A DNA stretch of 64,000 bases from Octopus sinensis (GCF_006345805.1 NC_043004.1:28272001-28336000); one strand, 5' to 3'. Positions 13,187 through 27,330 are shown, counted from the stretch's first letter. The notes: generated by a model from the letters alone, not told the origin. Translations and numbers: made by a program.

Positions 13187-13352
13187 GGTATTTCGTCTGC
13201 CCTTACGTTCTGATTTCAAATTTCACCGAGGTCGACTTTGCCCTTCATCCTTTCGGGGTCGATAAATTAAGTACTTGTTGCGTACTGGGGTCGATCTAAT
13301 CGACTGGCCCCTCCCCCAAAATTGCGGGCCCTGTGCCTAGAGTAGAAAGCAT
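13187..13352 (+). mobile_element. SINE family B, tail type 2
   Basis: repeats the body of the preceding copy, then a different tail ggcccctcccccaaaattgcgggccctgtgcctagagtagaaa. Confidence 0.8.
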
Positions 13353-14359
13353 TATATTTTTCTCCCCACAAACACACTCTATGGAGTGATAATGCTGGAA
13401 TAACGGTTTTATTTAGCTCAAATTTGGTCAGTTGCTGGGATTTAAGCAACAACAGAAAAGTTGAAATTCAAATCTTTAACGACTACTGTACATGTCTCTG
13501 TGTCCGTTTGTGTGTGTGTGTGTGTGTGTGTGTAAGAAAAAACATTTACTAACAGAAAAGTTTGCTATTAAATTATCTTTAACATATTTTAAAATCATTC
13601 TATCACCCTAAAGAAATTCCTTACGCTCATACATACACATACACACACGCACACATACAGTCAGTGTGAGCGATATACATCTACGGCGAGTGAGACAAAG
13701 TATGGTAAATATATATAGAAAGGGGAAAAGTTTAACACGAGGAAAGCGGAAAATGCAAAAGAGACAGACAGAGAGAGCTTGCCTGTTGCTGTCACAGATT
13801 AAAAAAATTTTAAATTAAGTGAATACACTAATGTACTTTTCACGCTGAATAAGATTTAGTGATTCATCTATTTCAGAAAAATTTTAGAAAAATGCAGCAG
13901 AGGTTTACACTTTGATAAGAAAACAGGATTTGGAAGCTACCATTTCGTGAGTGACAGCTGTGAAAGTAAGCATTACGAGACGAAGTTTTAAATAAAATGA
14001 AAGAAATTGTCTCATACGAAGAAATAGGGAGAATGGGAGAGACAGCATGTTTGAGAGATAATAAATATACAAAGATAGAGATACAAAGATAGCGATACAA
14101 ATATAAAAGTGTGGTAAATATATGTAGAGAGGAGAAGGCGTAAAAGAGAGAGTGTGTGTGCTAGTGATAGAGAGTGAGAAGTTTGTGTTGAGTTATTGCT
14201 CGCAGAAAATTACATATTTTGATTATTATTTACGGACAGCCTTCACTTCGGGTCGCAAATTTCCCAAATCAAACTTGTTTTCTTTTTTTTGTCTTTTTTT
14301 TCTTTTCTTTTTTTTTGTGGAAGCACCGTTTCAGGAATTCGCATACACGCTCAATTATA

Positions 14360-14429
<70 letters not shown>

Positions 14430-15633
14430 CATACATACATACATACATACATACATACATACATACACACACATATATATATATATATATATGTGTATAT
14501 ATATATATATATCACGTGATCACGTGACCGACCAGACCATCAGATGTTGTTACACATCGCTGGTCACAATGCGTTCGCATTGTTTTAGCCTTCGAATGAC
14601 GCCACCCCGTTTGTGTGTGTGTGTTTTAAAGCATCATCTTGATATGAAATAAATTTTGGGATCGAGCCCCACCCTATCCCAGTTTGTCGATTAAATACCA
14701 AAAAACTAAAAAGAATAAAAAAAAAACGTAGGTATTAAAAGCCAACACGGTTCGATATCCATGGTGCCTCCACAACCTTGCCTGTTATGAGACTCATCAC
14801 AAATATCTTTTTGTAACCTTTATCTCAAAGAATCCATATTGCTTTTCCTGCACCCAACTGCCCTTTTCACTCTCTCACCCTCTCTCTCTCTCCCTCTCCC
14901 TATCTCTCTCTCTTCTCTTTCTTTCTCCTTCATCTTCCTTTCTCTTTCTCTTTCTCTTTGTTTCTTCACCCCTATCTCTGAAACTTAGTTTCTGTCCTTT
15001 AATACTTCAGAATATTTGTTTGTGTTTTTTCCTCGTCATTTTTCTTTTATATTTCTCCCCCATTCCGCCCCCAGTGACCATGCTGCGACAGGCGTACTTC
15101 GTTATAAAGAACTTAATTATTACTCTGACGTAGCTATTACGTAGTTCAGTTTTATTGGTCTGCTTCGTTTCTTTTTATAATGGGCAGTCATTCAGACAAT
15201 TGAAATGACTTGATGACCTTTTTCCCCTTCCCTTCCTCACACATTACATTCTCTATTCTCTTAGCCCCTATTAGCCAGTATTATAGAAATCACAAAGTAT
15301 TTATTTGCTCGCTTATTTATTGAATCCCTTATACAATCATGTTTCATTGTTCTTTTTCTTAAACTAAAATATGTCTCCTATTTACACCACTTCTTTTTCT
15401 CCCGCTCCCATTTCATTTTTTCTTCTTGCTCGGCATTTTTAGAATCTTTTAACTATCACACACGCGCGCAAGCACACATACATCCACTTTATATCTTTTG
15501 TCTTCTCTTTCTCTTTCATTCTTCACATCCCAACCATTGCTCTCCTTTCCCTCTCATTCTTCCTCTCTTCTTGAACCCCTATTATATCTCGTTTCTTGTA
15601 AGTCATATATCTCCCACTTGGCTCTCTTTCACT

Positions 15634-15664
<31 letters not shown>

Positions 15665-17386
15665 AGTTCTTCTAACCTCGTTTCTCTCTTTCTTCTGTTT
15701 TATCTGTATCCTTGCTTTTCTTAATTACTTCATGAAAAAACCCAAAAGGTTAGTGTTATTGTTGGCCATATATTATTATTTGATGGTCAATGTAGCCAGT
15801 GTTTCTGTAGTATTCATTTGTTTATGGGGACGATCTCCCTCGGAGACAAAATAGTGAAGTGAAAAGGATGGGCTGAGATTTCTAGTCCTACTGCCGGTTA
15901 TTTTCCTTCGTTTACGACCTCGTGCCTAATAACTTTGAACATGGAAACAACTTAACAGTTTTAAATCTATTGCCCTTTAGAAATGATACCTTTATGTGTC
16001 TGTCAGGAATAAAACTTTTATTTGTTGCGAGGTCAGTAGAGATGGGTAAAACATCGCTAATAAAAATAGTGATGGAGGGTACGTAAGGCATTCCACTGAT
16101 TTTAGCTCACGGAGGCAGAATGCCTTATAGTGTCTAGTCCCACAGTCTCAGCTTTTGTATGCCGGGCTTTGGCATCTCGCTTGTTTTAATTATAATTTCC
16201 ATCAGTGGGAATGGTAAAATACTCTATTAGATGCTTTCCATTCAATACAAAATATATACTGAAGAAGTATACCATGAATAATGTGAAACTGAGCCGAAAC
16301 AACGCTTTTGGTTTGGGCACTTTGTTACAAACCAAATTAGAGTTTCTGGACACGAACGTCTGGACTTTATCGCACAATGCACTAACTTAAACCACTTTGT
16401 TTCTCTATGTTCCTTTCAATTCATCTTAGATATGCTGTTTTATGATGTGTTGTTGATTTTTAGTTCTAATGTAAACATATAAGGCGAGATATATAATTCT
16501 TCCGTGACTATCCTGTCTATACTTCAGATAATTTATTTAGTACAATAGTATTTAATATATCCTTTCTTTGTAAGAGAGTAGAGGGTTATTTTGAGGAATA
16601 ATCTGCTATAATTTCATTAGGTTGGGCGACAATGCTCAACTTCATGTTCAATACTTTGAGTTTTCGCTGTTCGAAGTTTGTCTGGATCGATTTACGTTGG
16701 TATCCTTCTGAAATCGAAAAGGAACAAGAAGTAACCAGTTTTGATTGGATAAATTGATAAAGGACTGAGTGTGGTCGACAAAGGTGTGATTGTAATTAGT
16801 AAACTGCAATTTATGAACTGAAATATTCATTTGTTTAATGTTGTGTATTTTTGTTCCAGTCAATTTACTTGAGATCGAAGTTAAAGAAACCTAATACAAT
16901 CCGAAAAGATTTTCAAGAGGATTAATGCCAAAAATAAAGCTAAATATCTTATAATCTATATCGAGTTGCATACTGAATCAGTTTCACAGCAATGCCGGAC
17001 AGTTAGTGGTCTGGAGTAAAGTCAACTCTTTACATATTCCGTTCATGGCCCCGCCACCTCTGATGTTTACCCAAGTAGCATAGTTTCTTCCACGAATTCT
17101 TCCATGACTAAAATGTCTTACAAACAGCTCATAAACGCTATTCTTCCTCTCAATACTTAGCTATAGAAATTGGAAAAATCAAATGAAAATAATAAAACGG
17201 GAAACAAATGACTGAGGCCTTGAATCTCTTGGAAGATGCACAAAATAACCTGAATAATTACTTCTTTCAGACAACAGCATTTAAGGTCTTTTATATATAA
17301 CAGCAACCGAGAGTACATCCAGAACTTTAGTCGCCTATTAAATTTGCGAAATTGGATCTTTCTGTTAATTCAGCCCGGGTCCTGCT

Positions 17387-17830
17387 ATCGATATCTATGA
17401 TCAACACTACCGATATCTGTGAGCAACACCATCGATACCTGTGATCAATGCATCGATATCTGTGATCAATACATCGATATCTATGATCACTAACATTGAT
17501 ATCTATAAACAATACCAACGATATTTATATTCAATACCATCGATACCTTTCATTCAATACTATCGATGTTTATGAATAATACAATCAATAATTATGATTA
17601 ATTGCTTCGATATTTATGATCAATACCATCGATATCAATTATCAATATCATCGGAATCTGTGATTAGCATTATCGATATCTGTATCATTGCCATCGATAT
17701 CTATAATCAATGCCATAGATATATGTAATAAATATCATCGATATCTATGATGATAACCGATACCTATGATCAGTACCTCAATATCTATGATCAATATCGT
17801 TGATATCTATGATCAACCTCATTGATATCA
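17387..17830. repeat. ~22 bp minisatellite, ~20 diverged units, consensus ATCGATATCTATGATCAATACC
   Basis: direct periodicity of atcgatatc...tgatcaa. Confidence 0.9.
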
Positions 17831-18210
17831 GTGACTATTGAAACATCCTCTACACGCTCGATCTCTAAGAACTAGCAAATTTCCACAAATCTGTTCCAGC
17901 CAGTTACTAAGCCCAATGGTATCGCCTGCCCTCCTCACCGCAAACATTGTTGCCAATAATGCCAAATTTATACTCATTTATTAAAAGAGCGGATTGGCAA
18001 GATCTCAGAGAGTCGGGAAAATGTTTTATGGTATTTCCATCACGTATTTCTGTTCTGGTTTCAAGTTTCGGCGATATCAACGGTTTTATCGACCTCGGCT
18101 TCATGAAAGTTAAATTGTAAAACACTGGGGTCGACGGTACCGGCTGATCCCGTTTCCTCTAAACTACTGGCCTTGTGCTTAAATACGAAATTATTATTAT
18201 AATTATTATT

Positions 18211-18742
18211 GAGTGAGGGGGCAGTGCATGCCATCAAAGTGACACTGGAGTGAAATATACGAAGCCCAGTATACCCATCATGACCACCCGTCTGATAAGG
18301 GTACACTAGGCACATGCATCACGACCATATGTGCGCGACATGGCGATCTCATATCAAGATAACCAGCACATGAAATTTCTTCTGGTCGAGTAGCCCATCC
18401 CGCTCAAAAGGTCTCTGAATAAAGATTGTTTAAGGATGTTGACCGAACCACCAATGTTTCCAAAGGTGAATTATACAAACCCCAAAGAATCCCTCTCAAC
18501 ACATGTCTATGATGCTCCCCAACTACTTCTGCTCGCGATCAGAGATGCACATATCGTCAGCCACTAAGGAACATGCACAACTGGTTAAGGTCAAACAACT
18601 GACAAGCAAATCTGTGGTATTCAGTAGAATATTTGCTGTAGCCCATCTTTTATACCAAGACCAAACAATGTACATGATAACACTTCCAATCAGTTAAGAT
18701 CAGAAGCCATGAGAGCCACTGTCTGGTACTGCATCAGAGCAT
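18211..18742. mobile_element. unclassified ~530 bp retroelement-like segment embedded in (TTA)n
   Basis: relatively GC-rich block flanked by tta repeats on both sides (18191-18210 and 18743-18827); no recognisable protein motif. Confidence 0.4.
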
Positions 18743-18754
18743 TTATTATTATTA

Positions 18755-18830
<76 letters not shown>

Positions 18831-19109
18831 AGTAGCATTAGTAGTAGTAGATAGTTTATAGATACTATTTACACTTAGCATGTATAGATATTGGGTAGAT
18901 ACCATTTACAATATGTACACTGTACAGATATCATTTATAGTATATCTCGCTCGCTCTATATATTTTATAAAGCGCTATAATTGAGATATATTAGGTATTT
19001 TTATTTCAAAGCTCGTTAAGCTTAATGGCTCTACAACCTTCTCCGCCGCCTATATATCAACTGCTGCCGATGTATTCCTTTCCTTCCTTTATCTCCTACT
19101 GGTCCTTTA

Positions 19110-19298
19110 TACTATAAGCAAAAGACCTGAAACTATTGGGAGGGGACAAGTCGATTGCATTGATCCTAGTGCTTGACTGGTACCTTTTATTTTTTCAACC
19201 CCGAAAGGATGAAAGTTAAAGTCGACGTCAGCAGAATTTGAACCCAGAAGTTAAAGACGGACGAAATACCGCTAATAATTCTACCAGCTCGCCGCCTT
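19110..19298 (-). mobile_element. SINE family B
   Basis: ccccgaaaggatgaaagttaaagtcgacgtcagcagaatttgaacccag...ccagctcgccgcc is the reverse complement of family B. Confidence 0.75.
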
Positions 19299-20882
19299 CT
19301 ATCTCCTACTAATACGTGATATCATATCTAATAATCGTGTCAAAAGAAATGTGAAAAGGAAGAGAACGTAATAAGCCTTCTGAGGAATTGGAGAGTATGC
19401 ATGTTTAAATCCTGGAGAATCTTGACTAACAGAGAGATAACCTCTAAATGGTCAATAGAGTCCAATTTTCTCTCAAACTACACCCTGCTTTTAAGAAGAA
19501 AGAAAGAATAGAGTGGATAAATAAAGAAAGATCATGTCTCAGTAAGAAAGGGATTGTAGCTGTAGAGTTGGTTCTTTCGGTGTAGAAATAAGAGAAGGAC
19601 CTAATGATTTAGGCTGGTTTGTTCTCTCTGCACACAAGTTTTGTATTTTGTCAACTTTTCTGAAATGAGTTCCCCATCCTCACCCCCACCCGACACAATC
19701 CACAATAGTTTCCTACATGTTTAACCATGTTATAGTGAATAGGTAGAGCGATGAGTTGTGAAAGTAAGACATATATAAATCTATTGTGCATCTATCTTAC
19801 GTGGCTTTTCACTCCTGTTTACAATCGTTTCATTTCTTTTATGGTGCAAATATTCTTAGACGAAGCATAGAAATCACAACCATTACTTTCTATTTATTTT
19901 TGTTGAAGTCAATAGAGTTAATCATTCATTGATGAATACTTCTAATCCCCAAAGGTCAACCAACTGGATCTGTTAGGCAAACTTATGCTTCATAGATGAA
20001 TATTGATTTTGCTTATATTTTGTCCTCACAAAAAACTCAAATGTTTATGGACGAAAAACGTTTATGCCATTCTCATCGACGACGAACTAATTACAATCAA
20101 GAATTGAAGTGGTGTCACGCATCTTGTACGACTGGGTCTTGGTACTTTCCTCAGCTTTTTGTTATGGCATTGACGAATATTGATCTATTGCAGATTCTTT
20201 ATTATAGTCTCTTTCTCTCCCCACCTCTCTCATTGAGTATCAAACACTTGAAGCTGTCTTTACACGCACACACACACACACACACACACATACACACACA
20301 TTCATAAAGTGCATTCCAATTTTAGTTACATAATTGTATTTCTAAATTCCAGAAAATATCGTTTAAAACAATGAGTTCCTTTCAAGTTTCATATGACATT
20401 TGATGTTCCTCTCACATTGTCATCTATACATCATGAAAACACTTATTTCCTCTCAGGTCAAAATTCACTGATTTGGTCAGTAAGAAGTAAACTGATACGG
20501 ATTAAATGTCAATAAGCTACTCTTCACCTTAACTGCCCAACTATTTTCTGAATTCCAGAGTGTAGTATCAACAATAAAATAAATGGCCATGTATATCATA
20601 CATGCAATAACCTAAATATTGTCTGAGTGGTTGAAAACTGAAACACTAAATGATAAAACAAACAATCAAAAAAGCAAAAAAAGAGCAAGAAGAACGACAA
20701 ACAAAAGGTTCATTTTCTGCCCAACAATCTCTTTTACTGTATCAACAAATTGATTTTACTATAAAAAGTGACAGAAATAAAACCAATAAAGCGTGCTTGC
20801 ATTCGAGTGTGTGTTGTGGGGTTGAGTGTATGAGACTGTGTGCTTGTGTGTAAATCTGTATGTGCACGCGCACGTGTGTATG

Positions 20883-20916
<34 letters not shown>

Positions 20917-21894
20917 ACTCGCGTGCACATGTGTGTATCCATTTCTAAGATGAAACTTGAAAGAGCTGATTGAATCTAACAATAAAATCGTTGAAAGGCG
21001 TTACAGATTTATTGTGTTTTACGATACAATTTTAGATTCTTTTGAAAATAGTGTCTTCTCACCCCAAGTTCATGCCAGTGTTATACAGAAAATTTCTAAG
21101 TGGCAAAAGTTTTTAAAAAATTAAAGCATTAATTTTACTTTATATCTTTTTATTTTCTCATTTGATTCTTTAATCTCATTAAAATTGTGCGTAGCTCATT
21201 GATTTGTCATGAAACAATTATTTCAAGGGATATCGATAAGACCAAGAAAAATATTGAACTACTGAATCTATTAACTTAGAAGTTTAGCAATGAAAACCCA
21301 TCGAAGATATTTCAGAATGTATTTTGTCGGTGCATTTATATCTATATTGTCAAGTTTACAAAATTATTTTAAGGGGTTCTATCATCTAGGAATCTTACAT
21401 CAAATTGACAGACGTCCTGTCCTGTGCACGTGTATGAAAACAGAGAAGGAAAAATAAAGAAGAGGGGATGGGAGAGAGGGGGAGAAAGGGAAATAAAGGC
21501 AAAGAAAGAGGGATATGTTACTCTCTTTTCTACTTTATTCCATGAAACTAGAGTTAAATATTGGCCACGATTTACCTCTTTCGAAAACATTATTTACTGT
21601 TCGAAAACATTATTTACTCTCGTATAATTACGAACTGCCTCTTATTCCATCAATAAGCCAATTTTTCAGATAAATGACCTTACGTTTCTTTGGCCAGGGA
21701 TTATAATCGTGATCTCCGGTCAAAGAAGGATTAATCAAGTTCTAAATGAATTTCAACAAACTTGTCTTCTAAGAACTATTGCATGAAAGGATGTGAAGGG
21801 TAGTGGAGTGACAGAATCAACAGATATTCCAAATGAAGTTAAGAAATTTGTTAATATGCACATAAGCACACATATGCACAATATTTTTATTACA

Positions 21895-23082
21895 TACGAA
21901 GGTAGGCTCACTATAAAGGCTGACTATAAAGGAATAATGCTAGAATTCTGAAATCTTGTATGCATTAATTTCAACTCTTCAACAGCATTGTTTTTTTCTT
22001 CCCAGGTAAACTGTCATCTCACTATTTATAGAAGACTTCAAAAGTAACTAATAGCGACTTCTCTTGAAAAGGGATAAAATCTGGCATCTTGGTGTTATCA
22101 AGTACCCGCAGAAAATGCGCTTATTTTCCAAGGACATTCATGCTGGCATAGTTGCTTCATTAGAGAGTGACTCTCCAGCTTTATCAATAATACAAAAGTG
22201 GGCAGCTATATTTAGGAGAGGAAGGGAGAGTCTTGAAGATGATTCAAGGTTTGGACATCTTCTAACTGCTACCACTGACGAAAACATTGATCGTATTCAT
22301 CATAGTGATGGATGACAGGCGATTGATTATACATCAGATAGCCAATGCTAATAGCATATCCCGTGAGAGAGATGGGAATATTATACACAACGAAGTTGGC
22401 AAGACAAAGGATTCTGCTCGGTGGATGCTACGTCTTCTGACACCTGATCAAAAGCGCGCCAGGCTGATCACACATCACGAGAAACTCTGACTTTGTTTCA
22501 GGCAGATCCAGCAGGTTTCTTTAAATATTTTTTAAGCTAGGTCGAGTGTTGGGTTTATCACTTGGAGCCAGAAAAAAGGGGCAATCCATGCAGTGGAAAC
22601 GTCCCTCCTCAGCTGCTCCAAAGAAGGCCTAGGTCGTTTTATCTGCAGGGCAAGTGATGGTGTCAGTTTTTTGGCATGTAAATGGCATTGTGTTTATTGA
22701 CCATCTTGAAAAGGGCTACACCATCAATGGCATTTGTTTTATGTCAACTTGCTGAGGCAGGTACGAAAGACTATCAAGACAAAACGCTCAGAAAAACTGA
22801 CGAAAGGAGTCTTGATCATCCAGCGCATAAATCCTTGGTTTCAATTGCTGCTGTACGTGAGTGGCTTTCAACTGGTTGATCGATCTCCCCTTTCTCCTGA
22901 GTTGGCCCCATTTGACTATCCCATCAAGATAAAACATTTGGCTGGGAACCAGTATCGTAGTGATGAAGACGTCATATTTGCTGTTGATGACATTTTGTCC
23001 AATAGAATGAAAGCTACTCCCCCAATGGGATCCAAGTTCTATGATCTTGGTCAGCCTATGAACTTTTCAGTCGACCCGCGTA
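21895..23082 (+). mobile_element. full-length decayed mariner DNA transposon
   Basis: TA-flanked imperfect TIRs (tacgaaggtaggct..aggctgac / gtcagcctatgaacttttcagtcgacccgcgta); transposase remnants KWAAIFRRGRESLEDD, ARWMLRLLTPDQK (WVPRxL), SPLSPELAPFDY (YSPDLAPxD); stops and frameshifts. Confidence 0.9.
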
Positions 23083-23421
23083 TGACTGTGCTGAACTTTA
23101 TCTCTCTTATTATTTCATTTCTTTCTCTCTTTTTTTTTTTTTGCCTTTTGTATTTCTGTATTTCACCTTCGTAAAGCTTCTTGGTCCATCGATATTTGTG
23201 TGAGAAAATGGCGCTTAATGGCTTTAGTCATTGCTGCTGTATAAGAAGACAGCGGTCGCGACAAAGATGCAGTAATAACGATGTTCTAGACTTGAGTATC
23301 TTCTACCGTTTACTTCTTTTTTTCTTTCGAAAATCAGAAACAAATTCTTTGTATATAATTAATATGCGTAATCGGACGTTAATACTTTTTTGTGTGTAAT
23401 TTTGCTTCCAATATAACTACC

Positions 23422-23765
23422 TTTTATCTTTTATCTTTTACTTGTTTCAGTCATTTGACTGCGGCCATGCTGGGGCACCACCTTCAGGAGTTTTAGTCCG
23501 TACAAGTTGGCCTCGGGGCTAATATTTTAAAGCCTAGTATTTATTCTATTGGTCTTTTTGTCGAACCGTTAAGTTATGGGGGATGTAAACACACCAACAC
23601 CGGTTGTCAAATATACACACACACATACATATATATATATATAAATAAATATATATATATATATGACAGGCTTCTTTCAGTTTCCGTCTACCAAATCCAC
23701 TCACAAGGCTTCAGTCAGCCCGAGGCTACAGTAGAAGACACCTACGCAGTGGGACTGAACCTGGA
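23422..23765 (-). mobile_element. SINE family A (tRNA-derived, CORE-like), internally deleted
   Basis: cttgtttcagtcatttgactgcggccatgctgg...ctttcagtttccgtctaccaaatccactcacaagg matches 31852-32252 in reverse. Confidence 0.85.
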
Positions 23766-24737
23766 AACTAACATTTTGCCTTCTATAAAGGGACAGTTCT
23801 ATCTATGTAGAATAGTTGTGTTATCAACTGATATCCTTTAATGCCTAGATGATTTTTTTACTGCTAGTGTTGTATAATGTAATGATGGTGTAGTTGCGGT
23901 TGTTTGAAGGAAAATTTGAGTTAACGGTCAAACATTTCAAAGCCAAACTTTACAATAACAACATTGATGCACCACAGCATTATTCGCAAAAATTCCTATT
24001 AATTACAAAGCTTGGACAAACAACATCTCTAAGACCGGAATAAAATAAGACCGGAAATTCTGGAATAGTTGATACGTACAGTAACTTAACTATTCCAAAC
24101 AAAATATGAAGTATAAGAAGGAACGTATGAAATATCTTTATTAAAAGAGATAAGAAGAGATAAGTTCATTCACTAATGAAACACATATACACTCAAACAC
24201 AGAAACACACATGCACTCACACACTCTCTCTCCCCCCTCTCTCTCTCTCTATATATATATATATCTGCCATTACATACATACACACATTGACAGGCATGC
24301 ACGTATCTACATACGCACGAACTCAGAAGCAAGCAGTACACTCAGTATACTGAGAACGGTTCGTGCGTGTAGCAGACACAAGAACAAGGAAGCTATTGAG
24401 AGAGGGGAAAGAAAAAGACAACTAGAGACAGGAAGTGACTGATTGAGACAGAGAGAGACAGACAGACAGACAGATACAGAGACAGAGAGCGGATGAGGAA
24501 ATAGAGTGAAGAGAGAGAGAAGATAGAGAAGAAGAGAGAGAGAGAGAGAGAGAGAAGCGATCAAGAAATAAGGTACAAAAATAGGGACAAAGAGGCTGGA
24601 GGGTGAGTGAAATGGGGCGAACAGCGTTTTTATGTTGGATTTCAAACTGAAATAACAGAGGGAAATAAACAGGATGGGAGGAGAGGAAATGTTTTGTCGC
24701 TTTTATTATATTGTCTCGTTATTTCATTCTCTCGCGT

Positions 24738-24781
<44 letters not shown>

Positions 24782-24788
24782 ACACACA

Positions 24789-24833
<45 letters not shown>

Positions 24834-25068
24834 AACACACACACACACACAGACTCACCCCCTCCCCACTACAAACACACTGACACACGTATATGAAAAG
24901 GCTGTTTTGATGCTATTGTATATATTCAAATAATATAGTCCTGCCACCGCCATGAGCATTTATGCATGAGCATATGATATACGAATCATATTTATGTGTG
25001 TGCTTGTGTGTTTGCATGTGTATCTCTCTCTCTCTCTCTCTCTCTATCTCTATTATATATATAATATA

Positions 25069-25114
<46 letters not shown>

Positions 25115-25224
25115 TTATATATATATGGGGGTGTATACACATATATGTATGAGTATGTATATTACAGGAACATACATACGAGTGTGTGTGTGCAAGCTCA
25201 GTAATTGGGGGAAAGTAAGAATAA

Positions 25225-25249
<25 letters not shown>

Positions 25250-25273
<24 letters not shown>

Positions 25274-25402
25274 GTGTGTGTGTGTATGTGTGTGTGTGCG
25301 TGTGTGTGTGTGTGCGGTGTGTGTGTGTGTGTGTGTGTATGGGTGTGTGTGTGTGTGGTGTGTGTGGTGTGTGTGTGTGGTGTGTGTGTGTGTGTATGTG
25401 TG

Positions 25403-25440
<38 letters not shown>
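25250..25440. repeat. (TG)n microsatellite
   Basis: direct sequence. Confidence 0.95.
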
Positions 25441-25442
<2 letters not shown>

Positions 25443-25932
25443 CATACACATACACAAGCACACAACACACACACACACATCTTACATATATATATAAGGT
25501 GGATATTAATAATAGCACGAGCATGAGTGCATAAAGTAATTGAGGCATGAAAACATAGATTACTTGTACTGATACGATAGAGATGGGTGTTTGTAAAATA
25601 AAAGGAATATATAAAAAGCATAATGCAAGTACGTAAGTTGTAAACATTACATGTGAAATAAAATGGCGTTGTATACAAAAAGCTGCCGTTTCATTCCACT
25701 ACTCTTTTTAAAATCTATTCTTACCTTTTGCTAACGAAACTGATATTGAAAATTACTGCTTTATTATGTGTCTCACCAATCTGTCTGTCGTTTGTGCAGT
25801 TCATAAGTTAATTTAATCGGTGCAAGGCAATGATCATAACTCACGATCCTTGAGTCATTTATGTAACTTCCCTGTCTAATCCATACATACAGAAAGACAT
25901 AGTGAGAAAGAGAAGAGGAGAAAGAGAGAGAC

Positions 25933-25965
<33 letters not shown>

Positions 25966-25983
25966 TAGACAGACAGAGTGACT

Positions 25984-26078
<95 letters not shown>

Positions 26079-26099
26079 GGATGGATAGATAGATAAATT

Positions 26100-26176
<77 letters not shown>
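25984..26176. repeat. (AGAT)n microsatellite
   Basis: direct sequence. Confidence 0.95.
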
Positions 26177-26177
26177 T

Positions 26178-26420
26178 GCCCTCAATGCACATGTTGTAGT
26201 GCTCCAGCCAACTACTTCGTGAAATCCCCAAACAAGTCCTCCCAAGTGAAGATGTCCGGGACCCCGACACCACCTTCTTCATCTTCAAAATGAGCCAAAA
26301 GTCACGGGATACAAGGTGTAGACTGTAGGAAGGGTGAGTGACAGTTTTGATGTCCATCTCTGTCAAGTAGTTGGTTACCAGGATGCTCGTCACAAGTTTG
26401 CATAAAATTTTGCACATGCT
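26178..26420 (-). mobile_element. mariner transposase C-terminal fragment
   Basis: SILVTNYLTEMDIKTVTHPSYSLHLVSRDFWLILKMKK resembles HPPYSPDLAPCDFWLFPKLK. Confidence 0.75.
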
Positions 26421-26756
26421 CAGACTTTCAGTGTTATTCTGTATACATTTGTAATGCCATCTCCAAATTTTATGCTTTTTGTCTTTATTGACACACGATG
26501 GGCTTCATCCAGAAAATTGCGAATCTTCTCAATCAGCTCCGATATTGTGACATTTTTCTCTTACTTCCTCTCTACTGTCCTTGAACCTCTCGTGCCAGCG
26601 AAAAAGTTAATCCATTTACAGTCTGGAACATTTTATAACCTTCTCTAGCGTGTTGTACCCACTTTATTACGAAACTTTATTGCATAACGAGTTTCCAGAT
26701 ACATTATTTACATTATTTACAAGTGACGGGTATTTGCCCTCATCTTGTTTGTTGTT

Positions 26757-26802
26757 AACACAACGTTTCGGCTGATATACTCTCCAGCCTTCATTAGGTG
26801 TC
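26757..26802 (-). ncRNA. minimal type I hammerhead ribozyme motif (core CUAAUGA, G5>A)
   Basis: GACAC-CUAAUGA-A-GGCUG(loop)CAGCC-GAAA-CG-UU-GUGUU: stem I, stem II and palindromic AACGUU stem III region. Confidence 0.65.
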
Positions 26803-26890
26803 TTGGGCAAATTTCGAACCTGGGTTCTCATTCCTAAGGTATTTTTCGATGTTGTTGTTGTTGTTGTTATTGTTATTGTTGTTGTTGGTG

Positions 26891-26982
<92 letters not shown>

Positions 26983-27095
26983 TTTATTTTTATAATTATT
27001 ATTATTATTATTATTATTCAGATCACTGCCTGGAATCGAACTCGGAATCTTGGGGTTAGTAGGCCGCATTCTTAACCATTACGCACTATGCCCTC

Positions 27096-27169
27096 GGGCA
27101 TATTGCGTAGTGCTTAGGAGCGCGGGCTACTAACCCAAAATTCCGTTTTCGACTCCAGGCAGTGACCTG
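27096..27169 (+). other. tRNA-derived segment (Pol III A/B boxes, ACT anticodon-like loop); not a functional tRNA
   Basis: gcgtagtgcttaggagcgcggg-ctactaa-ccc...ttcgactccaggc; poor acceptor stem. Confidence 0.65.
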
Positions 27170-27249
<80 letters not shown>

Positions 27250-27330
27250 TGACAATAACAATAACAACAACAGCAATAACAACATGAAAAATGCCTTAGT
27301 AATGAGAACCCATGTTCGAAATTTCCCCAA

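Noticed and set aside
14511-14608. Tandem E-box palindrome ATCACGTGATCACGTGA with a following GC-richer block
   Set aside because: Probably the end of an interspersed repeat next to a microsatellite; no evidence of a regulatory role.
17327-17518. ORF with a DHRYRCI peptide repeat / CRISPR-like look
   Set aside because: By-product of a 21-22 bp minisatellite; the unit is mostly not a multiple of 3, and there are no spacers or cas genes.
21580-21618. Short tandem duplications (20 bp here, 15 bp near 27652-27687)
   Set aside because: Ordinary slippage duplications.
27096-27169. tRNA-Ser(ACT) gene
   Set aside because: The acceptor stem does not pair, there is no long variable arm, and it is embedded in a repeat, so it is treated as tRNA-derived.
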